A stretch of DNA of 64,000 nucleotides from a virus (lineage: Duplodnaviria > Heunggongvirae > Uroviricota > Caudoviricetes): IMG/VR virus record IMGVR_UViG_3300028394_000043. The stretch is one strand, 5' to 3'. A program made the translations under genes and the position numbers. The notes beneath the pieces were generated by a model. It made no database searches and was not told the origin of the DNA. It saw only the letters and a list, made by a program, of their open reading frames with translations. Positions 18,341 through 27,911 of the stretch are shown piece by piece (the stretch's first letter is position 1; each line of letters begins with the position of its first letter).

Positions 18341-20710
18341 ATGGATTTATTTAATCCCCCCATAGAATTTAATTACACAATAATGATAAAAGATTTAGAT
18401 ATCACAAGTTTTGATAATCCTTACTTACAGATTGTATGGGAGGATTACGCTGAAAACTTTACTCAAGAAAAAATTAAGAGTGTTCGTCATTACTTTCAAA
18501 AGAAGTATAACACAACCAACGTCAATGTAATAACAAAAACAAAGGTTGCTGACGACACCACACATACCGTAGACATATCCTTTAACATCTTGGATGAGAA
18601 CTATCAATTAGAGTTAGTTCGTTCATTCTTGGAGTCAAAGGGGAATATGGAACACTACGATGATATCTACCAACTTAATAGTATTGTGGATAACAAATTG
18701 TTACAAACTCAAACTGATGCTGCCCCGTTCAAGAGATGGTATATCAAGAACATTGAGTTCTCAAACTTTTTATCCTATGGTGAGAATCAGAAAATAGATT
18801 TTGAGAAGTGTGATGGGATTACGGTTGTTGAATCAAACCCACCTAACTTTGGGGGTAAGACAGTTCTTACTGTGGATTTATTGATGTTCTTATTCTTTAA
18901 TGAGACAACCAAGACATCTAAAGCGGAGGAGATATTCAACAGGTTTACAGAGAGAAACAAAGTTGCTGTAAAAGGTGAGATTACAATAGATGGTGAGGAG
19001 TATATCATATTGAGAAATATTGAGAGAAAGTTATCAAAGAAAAATGAATGGACGGTTAAGACCGAGTTGGACTTTTACAAAAGATTGTCTGATGGTAGTT
19101 TGCAGAACTTCACCGGAGAACAACGAAGAGAGACCGAGGCGTTTATCAAAACATCTATCGGGACCAAAGAGGACTTCTTAATGACCATCCTAACAACTGC
19201 CACCAACTTGGAAGAACTAATTGACGCCAAACCTACGGCGAGGGGTCAAGTTCTTTCAAGGTTTATGGGGTTGGATTTCCTTAAACGTAAAGAAGAGGCC
19301 GCCAAAGAAATTTATAGTGACTTCTCCAAAGGAATGTTGTCAAACATTTATAACTCTGAAGAACTTAAAACGGATAACCAAACTAGTCAAGATACAATTG
19401 ATACTCTAACGGAGAGTAATCTTACTTTAGATACTCAATTGGAAGATGCTAAAGCAAGAATCCTTAAGGGTCAGGAGTATCGTGATGGATTGTTAAAATC
19501 CAAACACAATATTGATAGAGATTTAACATTAGTATCTCCGGATAAAGTCCAAGAGGAAATTAATGGGTTGGACCTACAGAAAGCCAAAGCCATTTCTGAC
19601 AGAGATGGGGTTAAGGTTGTTGAACCATCTGAATTTTACCACGAGGACAAACACGATGAGGTGAAACAGAAAATTAAAGATTTGATTACTAAACAAGCGG
19701 AGAACAACGCAAAGATTAAAAGTATTGAAGAACTTAAGAGTTCTGTTGATGGTGGAATCAAATGTGAACACTGTGGTATTGAACTAATGAATGCGGCGAT
19801 TACCAATGCAAAAATTGGGGAACTTGCAGGATTTATCACGCACAAAGGGGAATTAGAGGGGTTAATGCAGGATTTAACCAGCAAAGAGTTAGGTTTTGTT
19901 AACCTTAAAAAAGAATTTGATGAGTATGAGAAAAACAAACTTATCAAAGAGAAATACGAATTAAGTGTTGAACGTTTCCAATTGATGATTGATGCGTTGA
20001 AAACCAAATTGGAAAGATACTCTGAGGTTCAGGATAAGATTATTGAAAACAATAAGACAGATGGATTATTGATTAAAGCGGGGATTAGAATTGATGAACT
20101 TGAGGGTGAGAAGAAAACTATTGAAACTAGTATCTCAAACAATAAGTTTACGATTACCAATCTAACAACCAAGATAACATCTAACTTGGAAACAATTAGA
20201 AAGATTGCGGAAGAAGCGGAGAGAGAAAGAATCTATAAAATCTATTTGGAAATATTCGGTAAGAATGGTGTTACCAAACTTATAATGAAGACGATGATGC
20301 CACTTATCAATAGTGAACTTCAAAGACTATTGGAAGATAGTTGTCACTTCAGATTAGAAGTTAAGATTAACGATAAGAATGAAGTTGACTTCCTAATGAT
20401 TGATAACAACACTCAGGTTGAGAAACCGATGGCGTCCGGGTCCGGATATGAAAGGTCAATTGCTTCACTAGCGTTGAGAGCGGTATTGAGTAAAATATGT
20501 TCATTACCAAGAGCTAACGTTGTTGTGTTTGATGAGGTGTTCGGGAAGATGTCTAACGACAACTTGGAGATGGTATCAGAATTCTTTAGTAAGATTAAAG
20601 AATACTTTGAAAAGATATTTGTTATTACACACAACCCATTAGTAACAAATTGGGCTGATAACGTGGTAAGAATTAGAAAAGAAGAAAATATTAGTTATGT
20701 TTCCCAATAA
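18341..20710 (+). CDS. Rad50/SbcC-like ATPase
   Basis: N-term P-loop region NPPNFGGKTVL, long coiled coil with CEHCG zinc hook, C-term signature SGSGYE and Walker B VVVFDE. Confidence 0.7.
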   Translation: MDLFNPPIEFNYTIMIKDLDITSFDNPYLQIVWEDYAENFTQEKIKSVRHYFQKKYNTTNVNVITKTKVADDTTHTVDISFNILDENYQLELVRSFLESKGNMEHYDDIYQLNSIVDNKLLQTQTDAAPFKRWYIKNIEFSNFLSYGENQKIDFEKCDGITVVESNPPNFGGKTVLTVDLLMFLFFNETTKTSKAEEIFNRFTERNKVAVKGEITIDGEEYIILRNIERKLSKKNEWTVKTELDFYKRLSDGSLQNFTGEQRRETEAFIKTSIGTKEDFLMTILTTATNLEELIDAKPTARGQVLSRFMGLDFLKRKEEAAKEIYSDFSKGMLSNIYNSEELKTDNQTSQDTIDTLTESNLTLDTQLEDAKARILKGQEYRDGLLKSKHNIDRDLTLVSPDKVQEEINGLDLQKAKAISDRDGVKVVEPSEFYHEDKHDEVKQKIKDLITKQAENNAKIKSIEELKSSVDGGIKCEHCGIELMNAAITNAKIGELAGFITHKGELEGLMQDLTSKELGFVNLKKEFDEYEKNKLIKEKYELSVERFQLMIDALKTKLERYSEVQDKIIENNKTDGLLIKAGIRIDELEGEKKTIETSISNNKFTITNLTTKITSNLETIRKIAEEAERERIYKIYLEIFGKNGVTKLIMKTMMPLINSELQRLLEDSCHFRLEVKINDKNEVDFLMIDNNTQVEKPMASGSGYERSIASLALRAVLSKICSLPRANVVVFDEVFGKMSNDNLEMVSEFFSKIKEYFEKIFVITHNPLVTNWADNVVRIRKEENISYVSQ

Positions 20711-20722
20711 AATATTATTTTT

Positions 20723-20754
20723 TTTGTTTATTGAAATAATTATGATTATATTTG
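20723..20754 (+). promoter_or_regulatory. Bacteroidetes-type promoter TTTG-N20-TATATTTG
   Basis: -7 box ends 4 nt before ATG 20759. Confidence 0.4.
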
Positions 20755-20758
20755 CATT

Positions 20759-23200
20759 ATGATAACAACAGGACAAACAATTAGTAATTTAGCCATTGCA
20801 AACAATGAAAGCGTGGTTCAACAATCAATTATTGGATTTTTCCAATCTAAAAGTAATTTATTATTTAATAGATTCCGAGGGGATGATGGGGTTCTTTACG
20901 ATGAATCACCTAAAAATAAAAAGTGGTATGTCAGTATTTTGTTTGAATTTAAACTTGATGAAAATTTATCAAGTAATAAATCTTTGGTAAGAGCTCTTGT
21001 GCAAGCTTTAGTTTATTTACATCGAATGGATGAATCAACAGAATTGAAGACACCTAAAGTGGTTGCAATTGTAGATAAAAATGAATTTGTTTATTTTCAT
21101 ACAAATCAACTTCTTAGTTATTTAGCAGAAGATATTAAGTGGCCTAGTAATGCCGTTGATGCTTGGAAAGAAGTGCCATTATTATATGATTTGGTTTTAA
21201 ATGACTTAAATAATAATTTATTAATACCTATATATCATACAATATCCGCAATTAATCTCCCAATAATTTATGATAGAATATTAAATTATTGTAAAAATAG
21301 TGTACAAAAAAGACCAGTAACGTCTAATAAAATTAAAAAAGCGTTTTCATATTGGGAGGAAGATGTTCTAAAAACTAAAATGTTACCAAATGATTCAGTT
21401 AATTTATTTGTTCATTTATTTGTTAATCCAATGTGTAATGGATTAAATGTTAAAAAAAATGATGGTTCTCTGATTACAGAATCTTTTGGAAATTCTAAAA
21501 TTAAAGTTAATAAAACAAATTTTGAATTATTAATGAACGGATTTAATGTTAATAATTTTTCAAATAATGAAAAAAAGAAAATAACATCAACTCAAGATAC
21601 TTTAATTCAAGATTCTGAAAGAAGAAGATTAGGGGCATTTTATACTCAATCTGTTTGGGCTGAACAAGCGGATTTATATTATGAATCAATTTTTCCAAAT
21701 TATAGAACATCAACAACTGATTTAGTATGGGATTCAAGTGCCGGAACTGCTAATATAACTAAAGATAGAAGATACTCAAATTTAATATTATCAACTAAAG
21801 ATAGAGCGGATGTTGATACTATTATTCAATCGGGGTATAATAAAGGTGCAATTGTTGAAGAAATAGATTATTTGGAGACTAATTACGATTTATTGCCAAT
21901 TAGTGTAAAAAATTTAATTGATAATGCGGAAGTAATAAATAAATTAGAAAATCCGCCATTCCTTACCTCCGCAAATTATGGGAAAACAAGTAAACCTGGT
22001 GTTTCAGACACATACATTAGAAAATTAATGATAAAAGACGGGCTAGGTAATTCGTGCGACCAATTATTTAATCAATTCTTATATCAAAATAATAATTTAT
22101 ATTTAAAAACCGGTAAAAAAGTTAATATTGGTTATTTTATGTTACCAATTTATTTCACAGGTGAGAAAACTAAAGAACTTAGAGAATTTATGGGTAGAAA
22201 TTATAAATTTAAAAAAGGGTTTTTAATTAATGCTAAAGAATTTGCGGGTGTTAAATCTTGGCCATTAGTTTTTGCTATTTTTGAATGTGGAGTACCTGAG
22301 GACTCAAATACGTTTGCGTTTGATATATTGGAAAGAGAAGGGATTGATGTTGTTAATAAGGGTGTGAAGTTGTTTTACAATACGGATAATTTAGAATCTT
22401 CAAAACCGTGGATTAAATCAAAATGGATTGAAAAATCTGATAATGCTCAATTTGTTCCTACTATAAATGGGTATGATGTTCCTGTTCTAAATAGTAAAAA
22501 TAAAGATACTGTTAAAACAAATTTTATTGGGTTTTTACATAATAACTCAAATTGTGTACAATTTAATTCTCAATATGTTGGACTTTATACAATGCCATTT
22601 GCTTCATCACACGGAGTTTCATTTAATGAAGAAGGATTTTGGGAGGCAATAATGATGTTTAATGCGAGAAAATTAATAAAAAATAATTGGTTAAATCATA
22701 AAGATGAATATTTAAAACCGGATGAAGAACATCCAAAATATAATATTTTTAAAAAATTATCATTAATAAGATGTTTATTTTCTAATGGTTCTAATCAAAC
22801 TTCGTGGATAAGTAAAATATATAATGGTGTTAATTATAGGGTTAAAAATGAATTTTTTCCATTTATGAGACAATCGCTAACTAAACATATGGAAAAACAC
22901 CAAGTGATGTCACTATATGATGATTTTAATTTATCTGAAGATAGATTTGTTGCAAAAATATTATCTGATGAAAATTTTTATGAAGGGATTCCGACTATTG
23001 CAAAAAAAATAATTGATGAGTATAGAAGAATTTATTTTGAAACAATTTTAAATTCAACTGAATATCCGTGGGATATGGGATATTCACAATTTAAAAAAAT
23101 TGCGTCTGAATCTAATGTAGTATTAATTGAGAGTTTGGTTGAACAATTAGATAAAGAAATGACTCCAATGGTTTATGAACTTGGGTTTTTATTAAAATAA
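20759..23200 (+). CDS. gamma-class N6-adenine DNA methyltransferase with N-terminal putative PD-(D/E)XK nuclease domain (Type IIG/IIL-like)
   Basis: GAFYTQ (motif X-like), VWDSSAGTAN (motif I), LENPPF (motif IV) in order X-I-IV; N-term YDE...ILFEFK candidate (D/E)xK; ~400-aa C-terminal extension (TRD-like). Confidence 0.6.
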   Translation: MITTGQTISNLAIANNESVVQQSIIGFFQSKSNLLFNRFRGDDGVLYDESPKNKKWYVSILFEFKLDENLSSNKSLVRALVQALVYLHRMDESTELKTPKVVAIVDKNEFVYFHTNQLLSYLAEDIKWPSNAVDAWKEVPLLYDLVLNDLNNNLLIPIYHTISAINLPIIYDRILNYCKNSVQKRPVTSNKIKKAFSYWEEDVLKTKMLPNDSVNLFVHLFVNPMCNGLNVKKNDGSLITESFGNSKIKVNKTNFELLMNGFNVNNFSNNEKKKITSTQDTLIQDSERRRLGAFYTQSVWAEQADLYYESIFPNYRTSTTDLVWDSSAGTANITKDRRYSNLILSTKDRADVDTIIQSGYNKGAIVEEIDYLETNYDLLPISVKNLIDNAEVINKLENPPFLTSANYGKTSKPGVSDTYIRKLMIKDGLGNSCDQLFNQFLYQNNNLYLKTGKKVNIGYFMLPIYFTGEKTKELREFMGRNYKFKKGFLINAKEFAGVKSWPLVFAIFECGVPEDSNTFAFDILEREGIDVVNKGVKLFYNTDNLESSKPWIKSKWIEKSDNAQFVPTINGYDVPVLNSKNKDTVKTNFIGFLHNNSNCVQFNSQYVGLYTMPFASSHGVSFNEEGFWEAIMMFNARKLIKNNWLNHKDEYLKPDEEHPKYNIFKKLSLIRCLFSNGSNQTSWISKIYNGVNYRVKNEFFPFMRQSLTKHMEKHQVMSLYDDFNLSEDRFVAKILSDENFYEGIPTIAKKIIDEYRRIYFETILNSTEYPWDMGYSQFKKIASESNVVLIESLVEQLDKEMTPMVYELGFLLK

Positions 23201-23214
23201 TTTCACTATCTTTG
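23196..23214 (+). promoter_or_regulatory. -7 element CACTATCTTTGTAAC of conserved early promoter family
   Basis: TAtcTTTG; no clear -33 TTTG. Confidence 0.35.
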
Positions 23215-23245
23215 TAACATAATATCTAACTTAAACGTATAACGT

Positions 23246-23821
23246 ATGAATGACTTAACCAAATACATTTTATTTGTCTTTGCAAAAAACGACAACCCAA
23301 AAGAATTTACAGAACAAATCGCAGAAGAATTATGTGTTATTTCTGACTCACCAAATCTTAATTTTTATTTCGGACCAGAATCATCTGTGTTCACAATATC
23401 AACATTAGATTCTTATCAGGATGTGAAAGACTATATTGATATGATTTTAGACGTGGGTGATATTATGTATATATTATTACCTTACACCTCTGACAATTTG
23501 TCATATGGATTACCTGAAAAAATATCTAAACATCTTTTTAATGATGGTATTAGTGACTTTATGTCAGAAAAACCAAATAATTCGTACACAGAAGAATTTG
23601 AGGTACGAAAAATGATACAAGACAAAATCCGAGATAACTTTAACTTAAACGTTGATAATTTTGATTTTGAATATGATGAAGATGAGTGGACGGACATTGA
23701 TGAAATTAAAAATAAACAACGCATACCATCTTTAGATGAATTATTGGAAAAAATTAAAGATAAAGGTTTAAATTCACTAACAGAAAAAGAATTATCACAA
23801 CTAAATAAATACTCAAATTAA
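23246..23821 (+). CDS. acidic hypothetical protein
   Basis: 191 aa, D/E-rich, immediately upstream of sigma factor. Confidence 0.45.
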   Translation: MNDLTKYILFVFAKNDNPKEFTEQIAEELCVISDSPNLNFYFGPESSVFTISTLDSYQDVKDYIDMILDVGDIMYILLPYTSDNLSYGLPEKISKHLFNDGISDFMSEKPNNSYTEEFEVRKMIQDKIRDNFNLNVDNFDFEYDEDEWTDIDEIKNKQRIPSLDELLEKIKDKGLNSLTEKELSQLNKYSN

Positions 23822-23822
23822 T

Positions 23823-24623
23823 ATGAAAGAAAAAAATTCAGGCATACCGATTAACCAAGAAGAGATTAACTTATATTTGAAAGACATTCGTAAGATTAAA
23901 GTAATGACTCCCGAAAGAGAACGTCAGTTAGCGTTACTAATGAATGGTAATGAGATTAGTGATACTAGACGAAAGGAGATTCAAAAAGAACTTCTTGAGG
24001 GGAATTTACGTTTTGTTATTACAGTTGCTAAACAATATCAAAATCAAGGATTAGATTTTCCTGATTTAATTGCCGAAGGTAACTTAGGGTTGATGAAAGC
24101 TATTAATAACTTTGATTGGTCTAAGAATCTTAGATTTATATCTTACGCGGTATGGTGGGTTAAACAATCCATTCTTCAATCATTAAACGACAATGCTCGT
24201 ACTATAAGACTACCGGTTAATGTAGTTCAGGATTTACATAGAGCCAAGAAAGCAATTGAATCTAATGGTGGTAAGTTAGAAGATAAGTTTCAAAACTTAC
24301 CATCAATGATTGACTTGGATATGAATATTAATGAGGATGGTGATACTTTAGTTGATATCATTGTTAACAATAATGCAGATATGCCCGACGAGTCATTTAA
24401 TTCAGGTGATATGTTGAAGATTAAATTATTAAGTCTATTACATATTTTAGATGAAAGAGAAAAATTGATTATTGAGGATTATTTTGGATTATCCGGAACA
24501 CCAAGAACCCTTGAAGATATCGGTGGGGATTTCAACCTCACAAAAGAACGTGTCAGGCAAATTAAAGAAAAAGCTTTACGAAAATTAAGGAATGAGAGTT
24601 CCGTATTGTTTGATTATATGTAA
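23823..24623 (+). CDS. sigma-70 family RNA polymerase sigma factor
   Basis: Region 2 DLIAEGNLGLMKAINNFDWSKNLRFISYAVWWVKQSI; region 4 TLEDIGGDFNLTKERVRQIKEKALRKLR. Confidence 0.8.
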   Translation: MKEKNSGIPINQEEINLYLKDIRKIKVMTPERERQLALLMNGNEISDTRRKEIQKELLEGNLRFVITVAKQYQNQGLDFPDLIAEGNLGLMKAINNFDWSKNLRFISYAVWWVKQSILQSLNDNARTIRLPVNVVQDLHRAKKAIESNGGKLEDKFQNLPSMIDLDMNINEDGDTLVDIIVNNNADMPDESFNSGDMLKIKLLSLLHILDEREKLIIEDYFGLSGTPRTLEDIGGDFNLTKERVRQIKEKALRKLRNESSVLFDYM

Positions 24624-24630
24624 AAACTTT

Positions 24631-24669
24631 AGAACCTTCTATTTATTATAATAGAAGGTTTTTTACTTT
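24631..24669 (+). terminator. rho-independent terminator after sigma gene
   Basis: 10-bp perfect stem AACCTTCTAT/ATAGAAGGTT, loop TTATTATA, then TTTTACTTTT. Confidence 0.7.
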
Positions 24670-24693
24670 TATAATAAACTTAATACAAAAATT

Positions 24694-24966
24694 ATGAAAC
24701 CAATTTTAAATTTTATTGATACTTGGGGTATTAGAATAATGTTCTTCCTAGTAATTATTACATTTTTTAAGACTTGTAGTACAAATTCAAAAGTCCAAGA
24801 CGTTAATGATAGTGTTGATTCATTATCAGTTAAACTTCGTAGAGAAATAAAGATTGAAGGTCTTAAATCTGAGAAAAGAGCTATTCAAGCGTCTGATAGA
24901 AAAATATTAGATGTTACAAGACAAACTCAAATTGACCAAGAAATAAGTAAAATATCTAATGATTAA
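24694..24966 (+). CDS. small membrane protein (holin/antiholin candidate)
   Basis: N-terminal TM helix, coiled-coil tail; first gene of lysis-like cassette. Confidence 0.35.
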   Translation: MKPILNFIDTWGIRIMFFLVIITFFKTCSTNSKVQDVNDSVDSLSVKLRREIKIEGLKSEKRAIQASDRKILDVTRQTQIDQEISKISND

Positions 24967-25780
24967 GAAGTTATGGGCATCCGTTAAGGAACACCCAAAC
25001 AGAGCGATGTTCTTGATACCTATAATTTTGGTTGCGGGAATATCTATATCACACGTTGTATCTTGGTATAATTTGGCCAATCCCATCAGTTGGGCGATAT
25101 ACTTATCAATTGCTATTGAGATAGGTGCTATGACCGCATTGGTTGCGGCCACTAACAAAATCAAAGGTGGTGTATGGTTTATGTTTGGGATAATTACTTT
25201 CATCCAAATGATTGGTAATATTTTCTATTCATATAAACAAATTGATGCTAATGGGGAGTTATTTAAATCGTGGATGGAACTTACCGGACCGGTGTGGGAA
25301 ATGTTAGGTTCAAAAGCTAATGACGTTATCTCAATGAAAAGATGGTTGGCATTCTTAGAAGGAGGTTTACTTCCTGTAATCTCATTAACGTCTCTACACT
25401 TCTTCACAAAATACGATGATGGAAAATCAGGTAATAATGAGGTAAAAGAGATAATTAAAGAAGTTATTGTGGAAAAAGAGGTTATTAAAGAAGTAATCGT
25501 AGAGGTTCCGGTAATAGAAGAAGTGATTGTTGAAAAAATAGTTAGAGTACCTATTGAAGTTGAGAGGATTGTTGAAGTTGAAAAGATTGTTGAGGTTGAA
25601 AAGATTGTTGAGGTTGAAAAGATTGTTGAAGTTGCAGTGGTTGAATTAAACAAAGATAACGATGAAGAAGAAGATTACTTTGACGAATTAATTGAAGATA
25701 AATATGTTAGTCCGGGAATGGACACACACGAACCACCACGTCCAAATAGGTTAAGTTATGTTAAACCAACAAATGACTAA
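24959..25780 (+). CDS. multi-TM membrane protein with C-terminal EV-rich tandem repeats
   Basis: 4 predicted TM helices; C-term EKIVEVEKIVEVEKIVEV repeats and VEVPV motif, paralogous to 16255-16890 repeat region. Confidence 0.5.
   Translation: MIKKLWASVKEHPNRAMFLIPIILVAGISISHVVSWYNLANPISWAIYLSIAIEIGAMTALVAATNKIKGGVWFMFGIITFIQMIGNIFYSYKQIDANGELFKSWMELTGPVWEMLGSKANDVISMKRWLAFLEGGLLPVISLTSLHFFTKYDDGKSGNNEVKEIIKEVIVEKEVIKEVIVEVPVIEEVIVEKIVRVPIEVERIVEVEKIVEVEKIVEVEKIVEVAVVELNKDNDEEEDYFDELIEDKYVSPGMDTHEPPRPNRLSYVKPTND
25563..25634 (+). repeat. 4 tandem copies of 18-bp unit GAAAAGATTGTTGAGGTT
   Basis: Seen directly; three copies perfect. Confidence 0.7.
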
Positions 25781-25802
25781 ATAAATAATTAAGTTATCTG
25801 AA

Positions 25803-26411
25803 ATGATAGACATAATAAAATACGGTGACTTTAAGCCATCGGGAAAACAAAAGAAAAAAAATCAAATAATACTCACCCATACTTCAAGAAATTCGGGTGA
25901 GTATTTAATGATGTTAAAATATCGTTACAACGGGAAATTTAAAAGAGTACCAAACTACATTGTAACAAAAGAAGGTGAAATTCTCCAACTTTTAGAGAAC
26001 AATGAACACACCGAATATTTCTCGGAACCAAATATTAATAGAAATTCAATTATCATATCATTAGAAAATTTAGGGTGGTTACAAAAAGAACCGCTAAGTG
26101 ACTATTACATTAACTGGATTGGGGATATTTATAAAGGTAATGTGTTTGAAAAGAAGTGGAGAGATTATTTCTTTTGGCAACCTTATACTGATAAACAACT
26201 TGAATCTACTGCGGCGTTATGTAATCATTTGTTTGATAAAGTATCAATAAAGAACCAAATAATAGAACACAATACAAAAATAATAGGTATTGAAAAATAC
26301 GAGGGGGTTGTGACTAAAAGTAATTTTGATTCTCAATTTACTGATGTGAGTCCGGCTTTTAAATTTGAAGAATTTTTAAAAAAAATAGAATATGAACAAT
26401 TCACACGATGA
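25803..26411 (+). CDS. N-acetylmuramoyl-L-alanine amidase (PGRP/amidase_2-like endolysin)
   Basis: ILTHTS...NYIVTKEGEILQL...ISLENLGW pattern of amidase_2/PGRP domain. Confidence 0.55.
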   Translation: MIDIIKYGDFKPSGKQKKKNQIILTHTSRNSGEYLMMLKYRYNGKFKRVPNYIVTKEGEILQLLENNEHTEYFSEPNINRNSIIISLENLGWLQKEPLSDYYINWIGDIYKGNVFEKKWRDYFFWQPYTDKQLESTAALCNHLFDKVSIKNQIIEHNTKIIGIEKYEGVVTKSNFDSQFTDVSPAFKFEEFLKKIEYEQFTR

Positions 26412-26982
26412 AATCAAACAATTATTAAATGCTTCAAGAAGATTATTGGGAGACAATAATATTAATGAAGATATCCGTAGACAATATAGTTTATTAAATG
26501 AACAAGATGTTGCGGATAATGATGTAACTAAAAAATACGATGTTGCTCAATCAGTTGATGATGCAATTGAGGACGATACAGAGACTAATGACGATAAGTC
26601 ACAGGCTTATAGAATCTCCGGTGGTGTGTTAGTATTACACGGTAAAGAACAAACTGATTTAGAGTTAACAACAGATGAAAAAATTGCATTCCAAGAGACT
26701 ATGGATGAATTTGTTAATGAAGTTTCGGATTTAGTAGATTTTAATAAACTTAATCTTTATCCAAATAATGTTGAATGGTCTGGTAAAATTATTGATTTTG
26801 ATATTGAATTCCTTCTTTCAATTGGGGAAGAGAGTGGGATATATATTAACGGTGATATGATTAAAACCGATGACGATTTTTTGGAAATGATAACAAAATT
26901 AAAGGCGTTTTATGAAAAATTTAAGGTAAAATGGTCTAAAGTATTGGCATCAAGAAAGAAAACAATTAAAACAGAGAAATAA
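26392..26982 (+). CDS. acidic hypothetical protein
   Basis: 196 aa D/E-rich; ATG start. Confidence 0.4.
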   Translation: MNNSHDEIKQLLNASRRLLGDNNINEDIRRQYSLLNEQDVADNDVTKKYDVAQSVDDAIEDDTETNDDKSQAYRISGGVLVLHGKEQTDLELTTDEKIAFQETMDEFVNEVSDLVDFNKLNLYPNNVEWSGKIIDFDIEFLLSIGEESGIYINGDMIKTDDDFLEMITKLKAFYEKFKVKWSKVLASRKKTIKTEK

Positions 26983-27347
26983 TGAAAGATATTACTCAAG
27001 GTAAAAGTCAAACAATTTTATTAATTATCGTCGCCGCTTTAGTGGGTTGGAATATTTTCACAACTAGTGGTATTAAAACTGACGTTAGTGGTTATAAAAA
27101 GAAAATTGAGGGGATACAAGTTAAAGTGGATTCTGCTCAAGTAGTTAATAAACAAATAGATACTAAAGTTATGGAGGTAAAAGAGAATGTTACCAACATT
27201 ACTAAAGAAATTCATCATATTGATAATAATTTAACAATCGTAAAAGAAAAAACAAATGAAAAAGTTAATAATGCTAATAACTTTGGTAATGTTGAGCTTG
27301 AGCTGTTATTCGCAGCAAGATACAACCAAAGTAGTTCTTCCAACTAA
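26982..27347 (+). CDS. type-II membrane coiled-coil protein (i-spanin-like)
   Basis: N-terminal TM (QTILLIIVAALVGWNIF) then periplasmic coiled coil; 3' end overlaps next gene by ~92 nt in another frame, so the true stop may differ. Confidence 0.4.
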   Translation: MKDITQGKSQTILLIIVAALVGWNIFTTSGIKTDVSGYKKKIEGIQVKVDSAQVVNKQIDTKVMEVKENVTNITKEIHHIDNNLTIVKEKTNEKVNNANNFGNVELELLFAARYNQSSSSN

Positions 27348-27660
27348 AACAGCTAGATTAATCTATCAAGACTTATTAAGATTTGATGGATGTAAACAAG
27401 AGTTATCGTTAACTCAATTTAAACTAACTAAAGTTGAGGCTAGAGAAGTTCAGAAAGATACAATCATTTCTTTATTAGAGAAGAAAGATAAAAATAATCA
27501 ATTTATTATAGGTCAAAAAGATTTACAAATAACTCAATATGACCTGATGACTAAGGATTTACAGAAAGAATTAAAGGCGGTTAAATTTAAATCTTTTATA
27601 TATAAAGCCGGTACATTTTTAGGTGTATTGGCGACTTCATATTTATTAATAGTTAAATAA
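27256..27660 (+). CDS. secreted/lipoprotein-like protein with C-terminal TM (o-/u-spanin-like)
   Basis: Signal peptide MKKLIMLITLVMLSLSC then Cys; C-terminal hydrophobic helix AGTFLGVLATSYLLIV; starts inside preceding gene. Confidence 0.45.
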   Translation: MKKLIMLITLVMLSLSCYSQQDTTKVVLPTKTARLIYQDLLRFDGCKQELSLTQFKLTKVEAREVQKDTIISLLEKKDKNNQFIIGQKDLQITQYDLMTKDLQKELKAVKFKSFIYKAGTFLGVLATSYLLIVK

Positions 27661-27662
27661 TT

Positions 27663-27908
27663 ATGGCACTAACAGCGACAGAAAAAAAAGATATTGAAGT
27701 TATGGTTCGTAAAGAAATTAAAGATTTTTTTGGGAGTAGTACTATGCAACAATATGAAAATAAATTAATTGATACAATATCTAAAGAACTTAAACGAGGA
27801 AAACTAGAAGGTGATGTTAAAGAAATTGCGTTACGAATGTTCCGAGAATTCTATCAATTTATGTGGATGAACAGAAGTTATTGGGAACCAAGACTTAAAA
27901 ACGCTTAA
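27663..27908 (+). CDS. hypothetical protein
   Basis: 81 aa ORF. Confidence 0.4.
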   Translation: MALTATEKKDIEVMVRKEIKDFFGSSTMQQYENKLIDTISKELKRGKLEGDVKEIALRMFREFYQFMWMNRSYWEPRLKNA

Positions 27909-27911
27909 TTT

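Noticed and set aside
19574-20007. Antisense ORFs within the rad50-like gene
   Set aside because: Embedded in a well-supported CDS, low-complexity translations.
25225-25653. 142-aa antisense ORF (STIFSTSTIFST...) opposite the EV-repeat region
   Set aside because: Mirror image of the tandem repeat, not an independent gene.
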